This document shows, in pieces, positions 22,374-31,138 of a DNA stretch of 64,000 nt. The stretch's first letter is position 1; the number at the start of each line of letters is the position of its first letter. A model generated the notes under the pieces. The model did no database searches. It was given only the letters and a program-made list of their open reading frames with translations, and had not been told where the DNA came from. A program made the position numbers and the translations under genes. Source of the stretch: Escherichia coli (lineage in GTDB: Bacteria > Pseudomonadota > Gammaproteobacteria > Enterobacterales > Enterobacteriaceae); assembly GCF_003790525.1 (NCBI RefSeq), contig NZ_CP033635.1; one strand, written 5' to 3'.

Positions 22374-23093
22374 TTAATTCGGATAGACAAAATCACGAAT
22401 TTTCTGCGCGATCTGTTTATTCAGTTGACAAATTCGGGCCTCGGTTAGCCCTAATACCAGCGCAATCTCTTTGAGATTCATCTCATGCTGGTAATACATG
22501 GAGAGGATCAGTTGCTCTTTTTCGCTTAATTGTGAAAGCGCGTGTTGCAACATTTGCTGGGTGACAAACTGATCTTCCAGTTCCCGGCCAGCAAGCGGAA
22601 TGCCTGGCCCTTCGCCGTTCAGCAGTTCGTCAAGGCTGGCGAGCGTTTCCGCCCCTTCCAGTTGCTGATATTCGAGATAATCTTCATGCGAGATCCCTTC
22701 CACGGCCAGTTCTGACCACTCAGGCTCGTGCCCCAGTTTTTTACGCGTTTCGCGAATCAGGTCTTTCATCTGATGATATTTCTGTCGCAGCTGGCGCGGT
22801 CGCCAGTCGAGAGCGCGCAGCTCATCCAGGATCGCACCGCGAATACGGTGCACGGCATAGCCCGCAAAACCTTCGTCCGGCAGCCCGTAGCGGCGAATGG
22901 CATTAAGCAGCCCCATTAACGCCGTTTGTTCCATATCCTGACGATCAATAATGCAATTACACTGCGGGGCAAGTTGCCGCACCACTTTACGCACCAGTGG
23001 TAAATAGGCCTGCAAGTAGTGGCTCTCCTGCTGCGGGGTTAATACCGGCGCGGCAGCAAATTCTTCTGACTCGAATAATACGTCCTGTAGCAT
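22374..23093 (-). CDS. lafS: Lateral flagellar sigma factor (FliA/sigma-28 homolog)
   Basis: 239 aa with sigma-70 family regions 2 and 4 (e.g. ...LKEIALVLGLTEARICQLNKQ...). Confidence 0.9.
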   Translation of the reverse strand: MLQDVLFESEEFAAAPVLTPQQESHYLQAYLPLVRKVVRQLAPQCNCIIDRQDMEQTALMGLLNAIRRYGLPDEGFAGYAVHRIRGAILDELRALDWRPRQLRQKYHQMKDLIRETRKKLGHEPEWSELAVEGISHEDYLEYQQLEGAETLASLDELLNGEGPGIPLAGRELEDQFVTQQMLQHALSQLSEKEQLILSMYYQHEMNLKEIALVLGLTEARICQLNKQIAQKIRDFVYPN

Positions 23094-23112
23094 GTTTATA
23101 TCCGCCTGGTGA

Positions 23113-23580
23113 TTACTGGAAGACCACTTTTTTCACCAGCAAATCCTTATACGGTGCGCTCATTTTGCGACGCTGAAGATCTTTCTTTAGCGCATCAGAA
23201 ATCAGTTTGCGGATGGCAGATATTTTCATGCCCCGCAAATCTTCAAATTTCATTTCCGTCAGGCATTCAACCGCAATACTTTGATACAATGGCTCCTGAT
23301 GTTTTATTTTTTCCGCTTCTTTGTCACTGGCAACCACCATCACTAATTCCGCCGACAAATAATGGTCCGCGCCGTTGTTGTCATGCAGCGTGACAATGGT
23401 TTCCGGCAGCGTCACAAACACGCTTTTGCTTTCATCCAGGGTTTCCACCGCTTCCGTCCGCGCAACGGCAGTCGGTTTTCCTTTTCCGGCATAATGATGC
23501 CAGACACCCCATCCAGCTCCAGCGCCGACCACCAACGCCAGAACGGCGCTGACCACGCCCGCCACCACGATTTTCTTCAT
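23113..23580 (-). CDS. lafF: Flagellar basal-body-associated protein (FliL homolog)
   Basis: 155 aa with N-terminal transmembrane segment and FliL-like sequence. Confidence 0.8.
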   Translation of the reverse strand: MKKIVVAGVVSAVLALVVGAGAGWGVWHHYAGKGKPTAVARTEAVETLDESKSVFVTLPETIVTLHDNNGADHYLSAELVMVVASDKEAEKIKHQEPLYQSIAVECLTEMKFEDLRGMKISAIRKLISDALKKDLQRRKMSAPYKDLLVKKVVFQ

Positions 23581-23587
23581 ATTGCCT

Positions 23588-24649
23588 TTACACTTTGATC
23601 AAAACGGATTCGTTCTGTTGAAATTGAGGCGCATCATCAAGCTGTAAGGCGGCACTCACCTCTTCCTGCTGATGGCCCGACTGTTGTTGCTGTTGCGACT
23701 GCCCTTCGGAGGAGACCTGTACGTTCACCTCCATAAAATTTTGCGCCGTCAGATGCTGGCGGAGATCGTCGCTAAACTGCTGTAACGCGCGGCAAACTTC
23801 ACTTTGGTTCGCGCCGATGTGCACCATCAGTTTGCCGTTGTCGAGTTGTACGGCGATCTCGAGCTTGCCAAGCGACGGTGGATCGAGACGGATGGTGGAG
23901 ATCTGCTGTTGTTTGTTGAGCTGAAAGTGGATCTGATCTTTCAACAGCGTCGTCAGTTTTTCGCCCAGTTCGTCCATCGAAAGCGTGGCTGGTTTGGCGA
24001 CAATCTCCTGATGTTCGCTGACCAGATCCGGCGTCTTAACCTGCAACACCGCACGCGCAATAACCGGTTCGCTGTCCGGCACTTTTTCCGTTTTACGCTC
24101 GACCTGCGGGCGCGCGTTCACACGGGTTAGTTCAGGTTTCGGGCGAGCTGGCTGTGTTGAGACGCGCGGCTGCGTCGGTGCAATGGCATGTAAATCTTCA
24201 CTGGCGTAAGTCGCCAGTCTGGCCTGCTGTTCGGGTTTCGCCTGCGGCAACTGACTGATCAGCTCCTGCAACTGCGGCGGCAACGGCGTGAGTTCCTGCT
24301 GCTGCGTCGGGCGTTGCGCCGCGTTTTGCACCACCGCTTTCGTCAATTGCTGGATAACCGGCGATGTTGCGACGTTTCGCGGCTGCGGCGTGTCCTGATG
24401 CGGCGCGGCAGGTTGCGGAAGTAACAGCGCCATTAGCGCCTGCATCGCCACCGGATCGTTCTCCTGCGGGCGCGTCGCCTGTTGCTGACTGGTTTTTGCG
24501 CTATGAACGCGCTCCGCCACCGCCGCGACCGCCATTTTCGGCAGGGTAAACGCGGGCGCGTTTTCACTACTCACCGGCGGTAAAATATCCGCTTTCAGCG
24601 ACGCCGTTTCCGCAAGTGTTCCGAGCGTGGCAAGCAATGCCGGATTCAT
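23588..24649 (-). CDS. lafE: Hook-length control protein (FliK homolog)
   Basis: 353 aa, Pro/Gln-rich central region with a conserved C-terminal domain; position after the fliT/fliS homologs. Confidence 0.75.
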   Translation of the reverse strand: MNPALLATLGTLAETASLKADILPPVSSENAPAFTLPKMAVAAVAERVHSAKTSQQQATRPQENDPVAMQALMALLLPQPAAPHQDTPQPRNVATSPVIQQLTKAVVQNAAQRPTQQQELTPLPPQLQELISQLPQAKPEQQARLATYASEDLHAIAPTQPRVSTQPARPKPELTRVNARPQVERKTEKVPDSEPVIARAVLQVKTPDLVSEHQEIVAKPATLSMDELGEKLTTLLKDQIHFQLNKQQQISTIRLDPPSLGKLEIAVQLDNGKLMVHIGANQSEVCRALQQFSDDLRQHLTAQNFMEVNVQVSSEGQSQQQQQSGHQQEEVSAALQLDDAPQFQQNESVLIKV

Positions 24650-24957
24650 GACTTCTCCGAAAGTAAATTAACAATTGAGTAGGCCAGTACGCCTTCCTGA
24701 TGCCGCTGATGCTGTTCCATACGCGCCTTCAACACTTCTGCACGCTGCTCGCGCCGTTTAATCAGGGCATTAAACGCGCCGTACAGCTGCGCCTTCACCG
24801 CACACAACTGCGCCGCGTCGGTTTCCGCCGCCACGTAATCGTGAAACTGGCGCATCAACTGCTGATGCAGTGCCGGAAGGCGTCGCCAGCGTTGCTTGTC
24901 GAGGGCTTCGTTCATCGCTTCAACCAGCGCGAAAAGTTGCCTGCGTTGTTTTTCCAT
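24646..24957 (-). CDS. lafD: Flagellar chaperone (FliT-like)
   Basis: Small helical protein between the FliS and FliK homologs. Start placed at ATG 24957; the track start at 24999 is a GTG that would overlap lafC. Confidence 0.55.
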   Translation of the reverse strand: MEKQRRQLFALVEAMNEALDKQRWRRLPALHQQLMRQFHDYVAAETDAAQLCAVKAQLYGAFNALIKRREQRAEVLKARMEQHQRHQEGVLAYSIVNLLSEKS

Positions 24958-24961
24958 CGTC

Positions 24962-25354
24962 TTAACCCAGCTTGCCCGAAAGCCCTTCCCAGCCTTCACG
25001 CAGGTTGCTTAAGATCAGCATCACTTCATCGATTTTCTCTGCCGACAGTTCGCCACTGGCTTCATACAAGCGATACACGCAGTGGTCATAGAGGCGAGAA
25101 AGATTCACCACCAGCTCGCCACCGGTTTCAAACTCCAGCGAACTGGTGAGCGCATTGAGAATGTCGATGCATTTATTGATGCTCTGGGCTTTCTTCTCGA
25201 AACGCCGCCCTTCAATGTGGCTTCTGGCGCGTTCCAGCTCGTCCATCAGGCCAGAAAACAGCACCAGCACCAGTTCAAGAGGCGATGCCGCAGCGGTACG
25301 CGCCGCGAGATCGACCTCTTTGTATTGCGAATAGCCATCCTGTACTTGGTACAT
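24962..25354 (-). CDS. lafC: Flagellin-specific chaperone (FliS homolog)
   Basis: 130-aa translation MYQVQDGYSQYKEVDLAARTAAASPLELVLVLFSGLMDELERA... is FliS-like. Confidence 0.85.
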   Translation of the reverse strand: MYQVQDGYSQYKEVDLAARTAAASPLELVLVLFSGLMDELERARSHIEGRRFEKKAQSINKCIDILNALTSSLEFETGGELVVNLSRLYDHCVYRLYEASGELSAEKIDEVMLILSNLREGWEGLSGKLG

Positions 25355-25376
25355 CTTTAGGGATATTCCTTCTGAG

Positions 25377-26693
25377 TTACGCGAATGCCGCCATGCTGGC
25401 TTTCATGGTGTACACCTCAACCAGCGTGTTGGTGTACTCCTCCAGATAACGGTCGTAGTTGGCGTTATAGGTATCGGTAAGCTGATCGCCTTCGTCCTGA
25501 ATTTTGCTCATCTGATCGTCAATGTTCTGCTGGCGCAGGGTGATGATGCCGTTGCTGGAGTCGGTATAGGTGTCAATAAGGCTGTCCATCTGCGCCACCA
25601 TGCTGTTATCGCCGACGAAAATAGAGGTCAGGCCGTCGGGATCGCTCTTCATCGCGTCGTTGAACTGGTCTGAATCAATCTGTAAATGGCCGTGAGAATC
25701 GAGCGTAATGCCATAGTCGACAATCGACACGCCGTTGTAGCTGGCATGGGCGATGTCATCGAGCTGGTTTGCCAGTGAGCTGAGTCCGGCGTCGCCTGCA
25801 AATACCCCGGCGCTGGTACTGTCATCACCGTGGGTGGTCAGCGAATCAACCGTATCAATCAAGGTGTTATATGCATCGACAAAGGTCTGTACTTTCTCCT
25901 GGCTGGCGCTGGAATCTTCGCTGATGTTAAAGGTAGTGAGATCGCTGTCAGAATCGCTGACTTCGGTGAAAGTCATGGTGACGCCGGGGATCACATCATC
26001 AAAGGTATTGCTGCTATTAGTGATCTCTGGCCCCGTGGCGCTGCCGAGATGAATAATCGCGTCCTGGGCGGAGGAAACATCCGTAGCAACAGGCGCGCTG
26101 GCGCTGTCGTTGCTGGCGTCATGCCCCGTTACGCTCACCGAAAATGCGCTCTGCGCCCCGGTGCTATCGGAGGTGAGCATAATCGTGGTGGTGCCGTCGG
26201 TTTTTACCAGTGCCGCCGACACGCCCGGATTGTCATCAGAGTCGTTAATCGCATTCACCAGTTCACTGGCGTCGATAAAACCGTCGCCGTCACCGTTTTG
26301 ATCCGCCGCCGACAGATCGATATCCATGGTGCTGCCGCCCATCGTCAGTTCGAAGGTGCCGGTAGCGGAAAAGGCGTCGTCGCCCATACTGAACGTGGTT
26401 TGCTGCCCCTGTGCCAGTTGCTCAACGAAAAATGAGTAGCTTCCCGCCTGCGCCTGGGAATTGGCGGAAACGGTCGCCGAGTCATTATTGCTGGTGGCGG
26501 CAAACGTCACCGGGCCGTCAGTATCGCTGTTCAGCGCGTCAACGGCGCTCTGAAAATCGCTCAACGCTGAGCTGAGCGAGTCCAGGCCGCTGCTTTCCGC
26601 ATCCAGCTCGCTCTGCTTCTCCTGCAAGTTTGCCGCCTGAGTGGCAACATCCGCATAGGCGATTTCTTGCGCAATGGTTCTTGGGTTGATCAT
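25377..26693 (-). CDS. lafB: Flagellar filament cap protein (FliD homolog)
   Basis: 438 aa with FliD-like N- and C-terminal heptad regions. Confidence 0.85.
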   Translation of the reverse strand: MINPRTIAQEIAYADVATQAANLQEKQSELDAESSGLDSLSSALSDFQSAVDALNSDTDGPVTFAATSNNDSATVSANSQAQAGSYSFFVEQLAQGQQTTFSMGDDAFSATGTFELTMGGSTMDIDLSAADQNGDGDGFIDASELVNAINDSDDNPGVSAALVKTDGTTTIMLTSDSTGAQSAFSVSVTGHDASNDSASAPVATDVSSAQDAIIHLGSATGPEITNSSNTFDDVIPGVTMTFTEVSDSDSDLTTFNISEDSSASQEKVQTFVDAYNTLIDTVDSLTTHGDDSTSAGVFAGDAGLSSLANQLDDIAHASYNGVSIVDYGITLDSHGHLQIDSDQFNDAMKSDPDGLTSIFVGDNSMVAQMDSLIDTYTDSSNGIITLRQQNIDDQMSKIQDEGDQLTDTYNANYDRYLEEYTNTLVEVYTMKASMAAFA

Positions 26694-26725
26694 TGATGAC
26701 TCCGGATAACGATGTCAGGTTATTG

Positions 26726-26740
26726 GCAAAAGGCGTGCCA
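26726..26740 (-). promoter_or_regulatory. Sigma-54 (-24/-12) promoter upstream of lafB
   Basis: Minus strand reads TTGGCACgccttTTGCC, i.e. GG-N10-GC matching TGGCAC-N5-TTGC; predicted start ~20 nt upstream of the lafB ATG, with GGAG RBS in between. Confidence 0.5.
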
Positions 26741-26828
26741 ATAATTTTTATGTGAATAATCAATAAATTGAAAAAGGGGCGGAAATGGTGTTTCCGGTCT
26801 GGCGGAAAAAAGCCTGCCGCTGAAAGCA

Positions 26829-26854
26829 CAACACCGCCCGCAGGCGGTGTTGTT
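26829..26854 (-). terminator. Stem-loop downstream of lafA
   Basis: ACAACACCGCC-cgc-AGGCGGTGTTGT inverted repeat about 45 nt after the lafA stop, next to a REP element. Confidence 0.4.
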
Positions 26855-26856
26855 CG

Positions 26857-26890
26857 TAGCCGGATAAGGCGTTTACGCCGCATCCGGCAA
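26857..26890. repeat. REP (repetitive extragenic palindrome) element
   Basis: GTAGCCGGATAAGGCGTTTACGCCGCATCCGGCAAG matches the REP palindromic unit. Confidence 0.6.
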
Positions 26891-26898
26891 GTCCGCCA

Positions 26899-27813
26899 TT
26901 ACTGCAGCAGGCTGGAAACCATGCTGGACATGCTGTTGGACTGTTTCAGCATGGTGATGCCGGTCTGCATCAGCACCTGCTGTTTAGTCATGTTGGACGC
27001 TTCCGTCGCGTAGTCGGTATCCATAATGTTACCGATAGCGACTTCGGTGTTGTCCTGCATACTGGTCAGGTTATTAGCGGTGTCGTTCAGACGGTTGATA
27101 GACGCCCCCAGCTTGGACTGGATCTGCGAAACATCATCCATCGCGGTAGAAATGCTGGTGATCATCTGGTTAGCCGAGCCAGACGCAGTCAGCTCAGTAC
27201 CGCCAGAAACGCCTGCGGTGCCAGTGGTGTCAGCCTGATCCGCACTGAAGGAGTTGCTGATAGCAGAAAGATCCGTCACCAGGGTATTCAGCTGGCTTGA
27301 AATATTCACGGTCATGGTGTCGGAAGATTCCGCGCCCACCTGGAAAGTTACTGCGCTCTGGAACAGACCGTCAGTACCGGTGTTGCTGGTACCGGAAACA
27401 CCGAACAGGTTGGTGCCGCCGTAAGTGGTGTTTTGCAGCATGTCAGACATCTGCTGACCCAGTTCATCGTATTCGTCCTGCATCGCCTGCAGATCGTCGT
27501 CGCTGTAGGTGCCGTTCGCTGCCTGAGTTGACAGGTCTTTCATACGACCCAGCACATCAGACATTTCGTCGAACATGCTGTCAGCGGTTTGCAGCATCGC
27601 GGTGGCATCATTGATGTTGCTCAGCGCCACACCCATACCGCTGGACTGTGCTGTCAGACGGTTAGCAATTTGTTTGCCTGCGGCGTCATCGGCAGAAGAG
27701 TTAATCCGGTTACCCGTTGCCAGGCGTTCCATAGATGTAGACAGAGAAGAGCTGCTTTTACTGATTGCATTAACGGCGGCCATTGAGGCGTTATTGGTGT
27801 TAATAGATAACAT
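26899..27813 (-). CDS. lafA: Lateral flagellin
   Basis: Translation from MLSINTNNASMAAVNAISKSS... has conserved flagellin N- and C-terminal domains (ends ...MSSMVSSLLQ); AGGAG RBS upstream of ATG 27813. Confidence 0.9.
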   Translation of the reverse strand: MLSINTNNASMAAVNAISKSSSSLSTSMERLATGNRINSSADDAAGKQIANRLTAQSSGMGVALSNINDATAMLQTADSMFDEMSDVLGRMKDLSTQAANGTYSDDDLQAMQDEYDELGQQMSDMLQNTTYGGTNLFGVSGTSNTGTDGLFQSAVTFQVGAESSDTMTVNISSQLNTLVTDLSAISNSFSADQADTTGTAGVSGGTELTASGSANQMITSISTAMDDVSQIQSKLGASINRLNDTANNLTSMQDNTEVAIGNIMDTDYATEASNMTKQQVLMQTGITMLKQSNSMSSMVSSLLQ

Positions 27814-27858
27814 GATACTGCTCCTTGGGATTAATCGTTTTCGTTTCGATACCCTGTA

Positions 27859-27885
27859 AAAACGACACCTCAGGAGCAAACTTAA
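27859..27885 (-). promoter_or_regulatory. Candidate sigma-28-type (LafS-dependent) promoter upstream of lafA
   Basis: Minus strand reads TTAAGTTT-N11-GTCGTTTT about 45 nt upstream of the lafA ATG; shares a motif with sites upstream of lfgK and lfgM. Confidence 0.3.
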
Positions 27886-28299
27886 AATCGCCGTTAAAAT
27901 TTTTTCGCCACGTATTATCCGATGCCACTTTTAGCTAAAAAAAAGCAGAGTTTAAATTCAGATAAAAAGATTATTAGCAATATCTGCCACATGGCCAGGT
28001 ATCAAAATATGTCTTTATCAAATGCTTGATATAGTTAAGATTGTCATCAATTATCGCGTTTTGTTCTCAATGTACTGATGCCAAAATTTACATTGCGTTG
28101 CAAATAGTACACATTTGGCTATTGTACCTGTCCTGTCATTTCGTTACATTTCCACGCCATATAGTGATTAAGAATAATCCTATTACCATAAAATATTAAT
28201 TATCACGCAGAAAAATCATCTTCTCAGGGACGTATAAGACTGTGCTTTATGCAAAGCACTATCAGGAAACATTTATCCCTTGCTAAGGTAAACTCAACT

Positions 28300-29142
28300 A
28301 TGAGTATTATTATCAACAACTGGCGGATGGACCCGTCGCTTAATGCCTTAATACATTGCGAAACGGGTGAAACACGTCGTCTCGGCGAATACCATTTTAT
28401 TTTGCTGGAAACATTAGCAAAAAATGCCGATGTGGTTTTATCGCGATCTTATTTATGTGCCGAAGTATGGAAGAACCGCATAGTCGGCGGTAACAGCCTG
28501 CCGACGGCGATCCATGCGTTGCGCGTTGCTATCGACGATGATGGCAAACAACAGAACATTATTAAAACAATTCCGAAGAAAGGTTACTTGTGCAATAAAG
28601 AGTATGTGTCTTTGCCGGAGTCATCGCCTGCAGAAGCGCTGATTATTACCGACCAGATACAAGATACAGCCCCAGAAGAGATATCTTCGACAACACCGCC
28701 TGTACCTGTTAGAAAAAAACATAAAGGACTGATGGGGTTAGCGTTGACCGCGGCTGTTATATTTATTGGCTCGACCGTGGGGTATTCACACTTGAAAAGT
28801 ACACCTGACGCCCCGCAACTGGTAAAAGAGTCAATTAACAGTCCAAGAATAAAAATATTTCATCTTAGTTCTGGAAAGGAAAATAATTCCGTACCGTTAC
28901 TGTCACAAACCCTCGAACCAGGAAAAGACAAACTCGATAATTTATTGTCAGCGCATAATATGACAATGACAACCTATTATAAATATGTTCGTAACCGACT
29001 GGAAAGCGATATTGTTCTGCGTAACCAGTGCAACGGCAGCTGGCAATTAACCTTTAATGTGGAAGGTTGGCAGAACAGCGATATTAATAGCGCGATGTAT
29101 CAGAATTTGGAGAAGTTGTTAAATACTGTGCAGAAATGCTGA
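28300..29142 (+). CDS. lafZ: ToxR/CadC-like transmembrane transcriptional regulator
   Basis: N-terminal winged-helix DNA-binding domain (…LGEYHFILLETLAKNADVVLSRSYLCAEVW…IKTIPKKGY), one transmembrane segment (GLMGLALTAAVIFIGSTVGY), periplasmic C-terminus. Start could also be the ATG at 28249. Confidence 0.7.
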   Translation: MSIIINNWRMDPSLNALIHCETGETRRLGEYHFILLETLAKNADVVLSRSYLCAEVWKNRIVGGNSLPTAIHALRVAIDDDGKQQNIIKTIPKKGYLCNKEYVSLPESSPAEALIITDQIQDTAPEEISSTTPPVPVRKKHKGLMGLALTAAVIFIGSTVGYSHLKSTPDAPQLVKESINSPRIKIFHLSSGKENNSVPLLSQTLEPGKDKLDNLLSAHNMTMTTYYKYVRNRLESDIVLRNQCNGSWQLTFNVEGWQNSDINSAMYQNLEKLLNTVQKC

Positions 29143-29157
29143 TGAGTGCCAATATAT

Positions 29158-29194
29158 GCCGGATGCGACGCTAAACGCGTCTTATCCGGCCTAC
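29158..29194. repeat. REP element
   Basis: GCCGGATGCGACGCTAAACGCGTCTTATCCGGCCTAC. Confidence 0.5.
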
Positions 29195-29200
29195 CGATAA

Positions 29201-30178
29201 TTACCCCAATAAATTCCTCACCGTCTGGCTGGAAATTCGCGCCTGACCGTTCACAGCCTGCAATAAAACCTGATAGTTATGATTGGCGCTATCAAGCACG
29301 CCGCCGAGGTTTTCCGACGCCTGCACCGCGTTTTCCGTTTGCGGGAAGCGGGACATGCCGTCGATCAATTGGCGGGCTTTTTCCTGCTGCACCGCCATCT
29401 GCGCGCGCTGCTGATTAATGTTTTCCAGCATTTGAGAAATCCCCGCCCCGCCCTGTTGCAGGCTTTGCGCTAAGCGGTCCGCCTGTGACGGCTCGGCAAA
29501 GGTTTTCAGCGGCATAAATGCTGATTTATCGCCATCGGTGCGCACGCTTAAGCTGCGCTCGATGTCAGGCCACTGTTTTTCAGTGGTGGAGAAACTGATG
29601 CCATCCGCTTGCTGATGTACCTGCACGCCCACGCGGCGCAGAGCGTTGGTCAGCCGCGTCTGGTACTGCGCGGCGTTGTCATCCTCAGACAGCATCACCG
29701 CCGAAAGCTGAGTCTGCCGCCCGTCAGAGACGCTGAACATGCGCGTTCCCGGCGTGGGATTGTGTACCAGATTCGTCAGATCCGGCGAGTGAAAAGTCAC
29801 CCGCGCTTCCCCCTGCAACACTGGCTGCAACTGGCGGTCCACCGCGCCGCCGGAAAGCGCGGTGCGTTTGTCCAGCATCTGCATCAGCGCTGAACTCTGC
29901 GCCTGCCCGCCCTTACGCTGGCTGTGACGGTAATCGAGCAACTGCTGTTCCAGTTGCCCGAGATAGTGATCCGCCTGCTGCAACGTGGTGAGCTGATCGT
30001 TAAGCTGCACACTGTAACGCTGCGGGCGAGTGGTAATCAGCGGCGAGGCCGGATATTCACTCGCCGTCGCCGGGAGTTTTTGCCGCACCGCCTGAGTGGG
30101 CGCAACGGTTGACGACGATACCGCAGCGCTATGCGCGCCGCCGGTGGCGAGTGATGAAGATGTAAGTCCGACCTGCAT
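29201..30178 (-). CDS. lafW: Flag-2 protein LafW (putative hook-associated/flagellar protein)
   Basis: 325-aa Gln-rich ORF immediately downstream of lfgL in the same operon; assignment follows Flag-2 gene order rather than a recognised motif. Confidence 0.65.
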   Translation of the reverse strand: MQVGLTSSSLATGGAHSAAVSSSTVAPTQAVRQKLPATASEYPASPLITTRPQRYSVQLNDQLTTLQQADHYLGQLEQQLLDYRHSQRKGGQAQSSALMQMLDKRTALSGGAVDRQLQPVLQGEARVTFHSPDLTNLVHNPTPGTRMFSVSDGRQTQLSAVMLSEDDNAAQYQTRLTNALRRVGVQVHQQADGISFSTTEKQWPDIERSLSVRTDGDKSAFMPLKTFAEPSQADRLAQSLQQGGAGISQMLENINQQRAQMAVQQEKARQLIDGMSRFPQTENAVQASENLGGVLDSANHNYQVLLQAVNGQARISSQTVRNLLG

Positions 30179-30194
30179 ACGGTTCCTGAAAGAG

Positions 30195-31124
30195 TTAGAG
30201 AACGCTGAATAAATTCAACTCACTCACTTTCGAGTAAGTCTTGAGGGTAGCTTCCATTGCCACTTCCAGTCCGGTAAAGGTGATCGACGCCGGGCCGTAA
30301 TCGAGATCCTGTAAAGAACCAATCAACTCATCATTAGAGGTAGAAATATCGGTCTGCGCATCGCTCAGCATCGACATGGTGTTCTGCGTCTCGCCAAGCG
30401 ACGCAATCGAGGCGTTGAGATCGTCCGAAGCGGTATCCACCACATCAACGGCGTTCTGAAGATCGCTCTGCACCTGCGGATCTGCCGGATCGACGTCCGG
30501 GTTTTGCAGCTCCTGCGACAGGGAATTAAGGGTGTTGAGCACGTCTAAATTACTGCCGAAGAAATCGCTCGCCGCCACGTTGGTGTCCACTTCCACGCCG
30601 TTCGACACGGTGGTCTGGCGGTGATCGCTGTTGCCCTGGTAGCTGTAGCTGTCGGTCACGCCGTCGCCGTCATCGTCCACCGCCACAATCGGCGGCTGAT
30701 CGTTGATGGTACCGCCAAACACGTAATGCCCGTCTTCGTCCTGATAATTGAGCGCCGCCACCATCGATTCGGTGAGCGACTGAATATCCTGCCCGAGGCT
30801 TGCGAGCGAATCAGCGGTATTGGTGCCGTTCGCCGCTTCCAGCAGGTCGTCGCGCACCGCCAGCAGGCTGTTGTTGACGCCATCGAGAATCGACTCCTGC
30901 TGGCTTAACCCCGCCGACGCAGAGTCAATATTGCTTTGATACTGCTCAATCGCCGACTGCTGGCGGTTCAACTGGGTGATACGCGTGGCGGCGATCGGGT
31001 CATCCGACGGCTGCAAAATTTCCTTGCCGGTTGCCATCTGCTCGACCACATGCGCCAGAGAGCCGGAGAGATTATTAAAACTTTGCGTCATCGAGACGTA
31101 GGTTTGTTGGGTGGTTACTCGCAT
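30195..31124 (-). CDS. lfgL: Hook-filament junction protein (FlgL homolog)
   Basis: Flagellin-like N- and C-terminal helices; start at ATG 31124 (GGGAG RBS) rather than the overlapping ORF-track start. Confidence 0.85.
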   Translation of the reverse strand: MRVTTQQTYVSMTQSFNNLSGSLAHVVEQMATGKEILQPSDDPIAATRITQLNRQQSAIEQYQSNIDSASAGLSQQESILDGVNNSLLAVRDDLLEAANGTNTADSLASLGQDIQSLTESMVAALNYQDEDGHYVFGGTINDQPPIVAVDDDGDGVTDSYSYQGNSDHRQTTVSNGVEVDTNVAASDFFGSNLDVLNTLNSLSQELQNPDVDPADPQVQSDLQNAVDVVDTASDDLNASIASLGETQNTMSMLSDAQTDISTSNDELIGSLQDLDYGPASITFTGLEVAMEATLKTYSKVSELNLFSVL

Positions 31125-31138
31125 TTTCGCGCTCCCGC

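Noticed and set aside
23588-24649. Low-complexity Pro/Gln-rich stretch in lafE as possible repeat DNA or pseudogene
   Set aside because: Such tracts are typical of FliK hook-length control proteins and the frame is open end to end.
25830-26435. 201-aa plus-strand ORF inside lafB, and similar long antisense ORFs inside lfgK, lfhA, lfiF and others
   Set aside because: They lie entirely within well-supported flagellar genes on the opposite strand; GC-rich coding regions commonly carry long open shadow frames.
26539-26883. 114-aa minus-strand ORF downstream of lafA
   Set aside because: Spans the REP element and terminator hairpin and overlaps the lafB start region; no RBS or coding composition.
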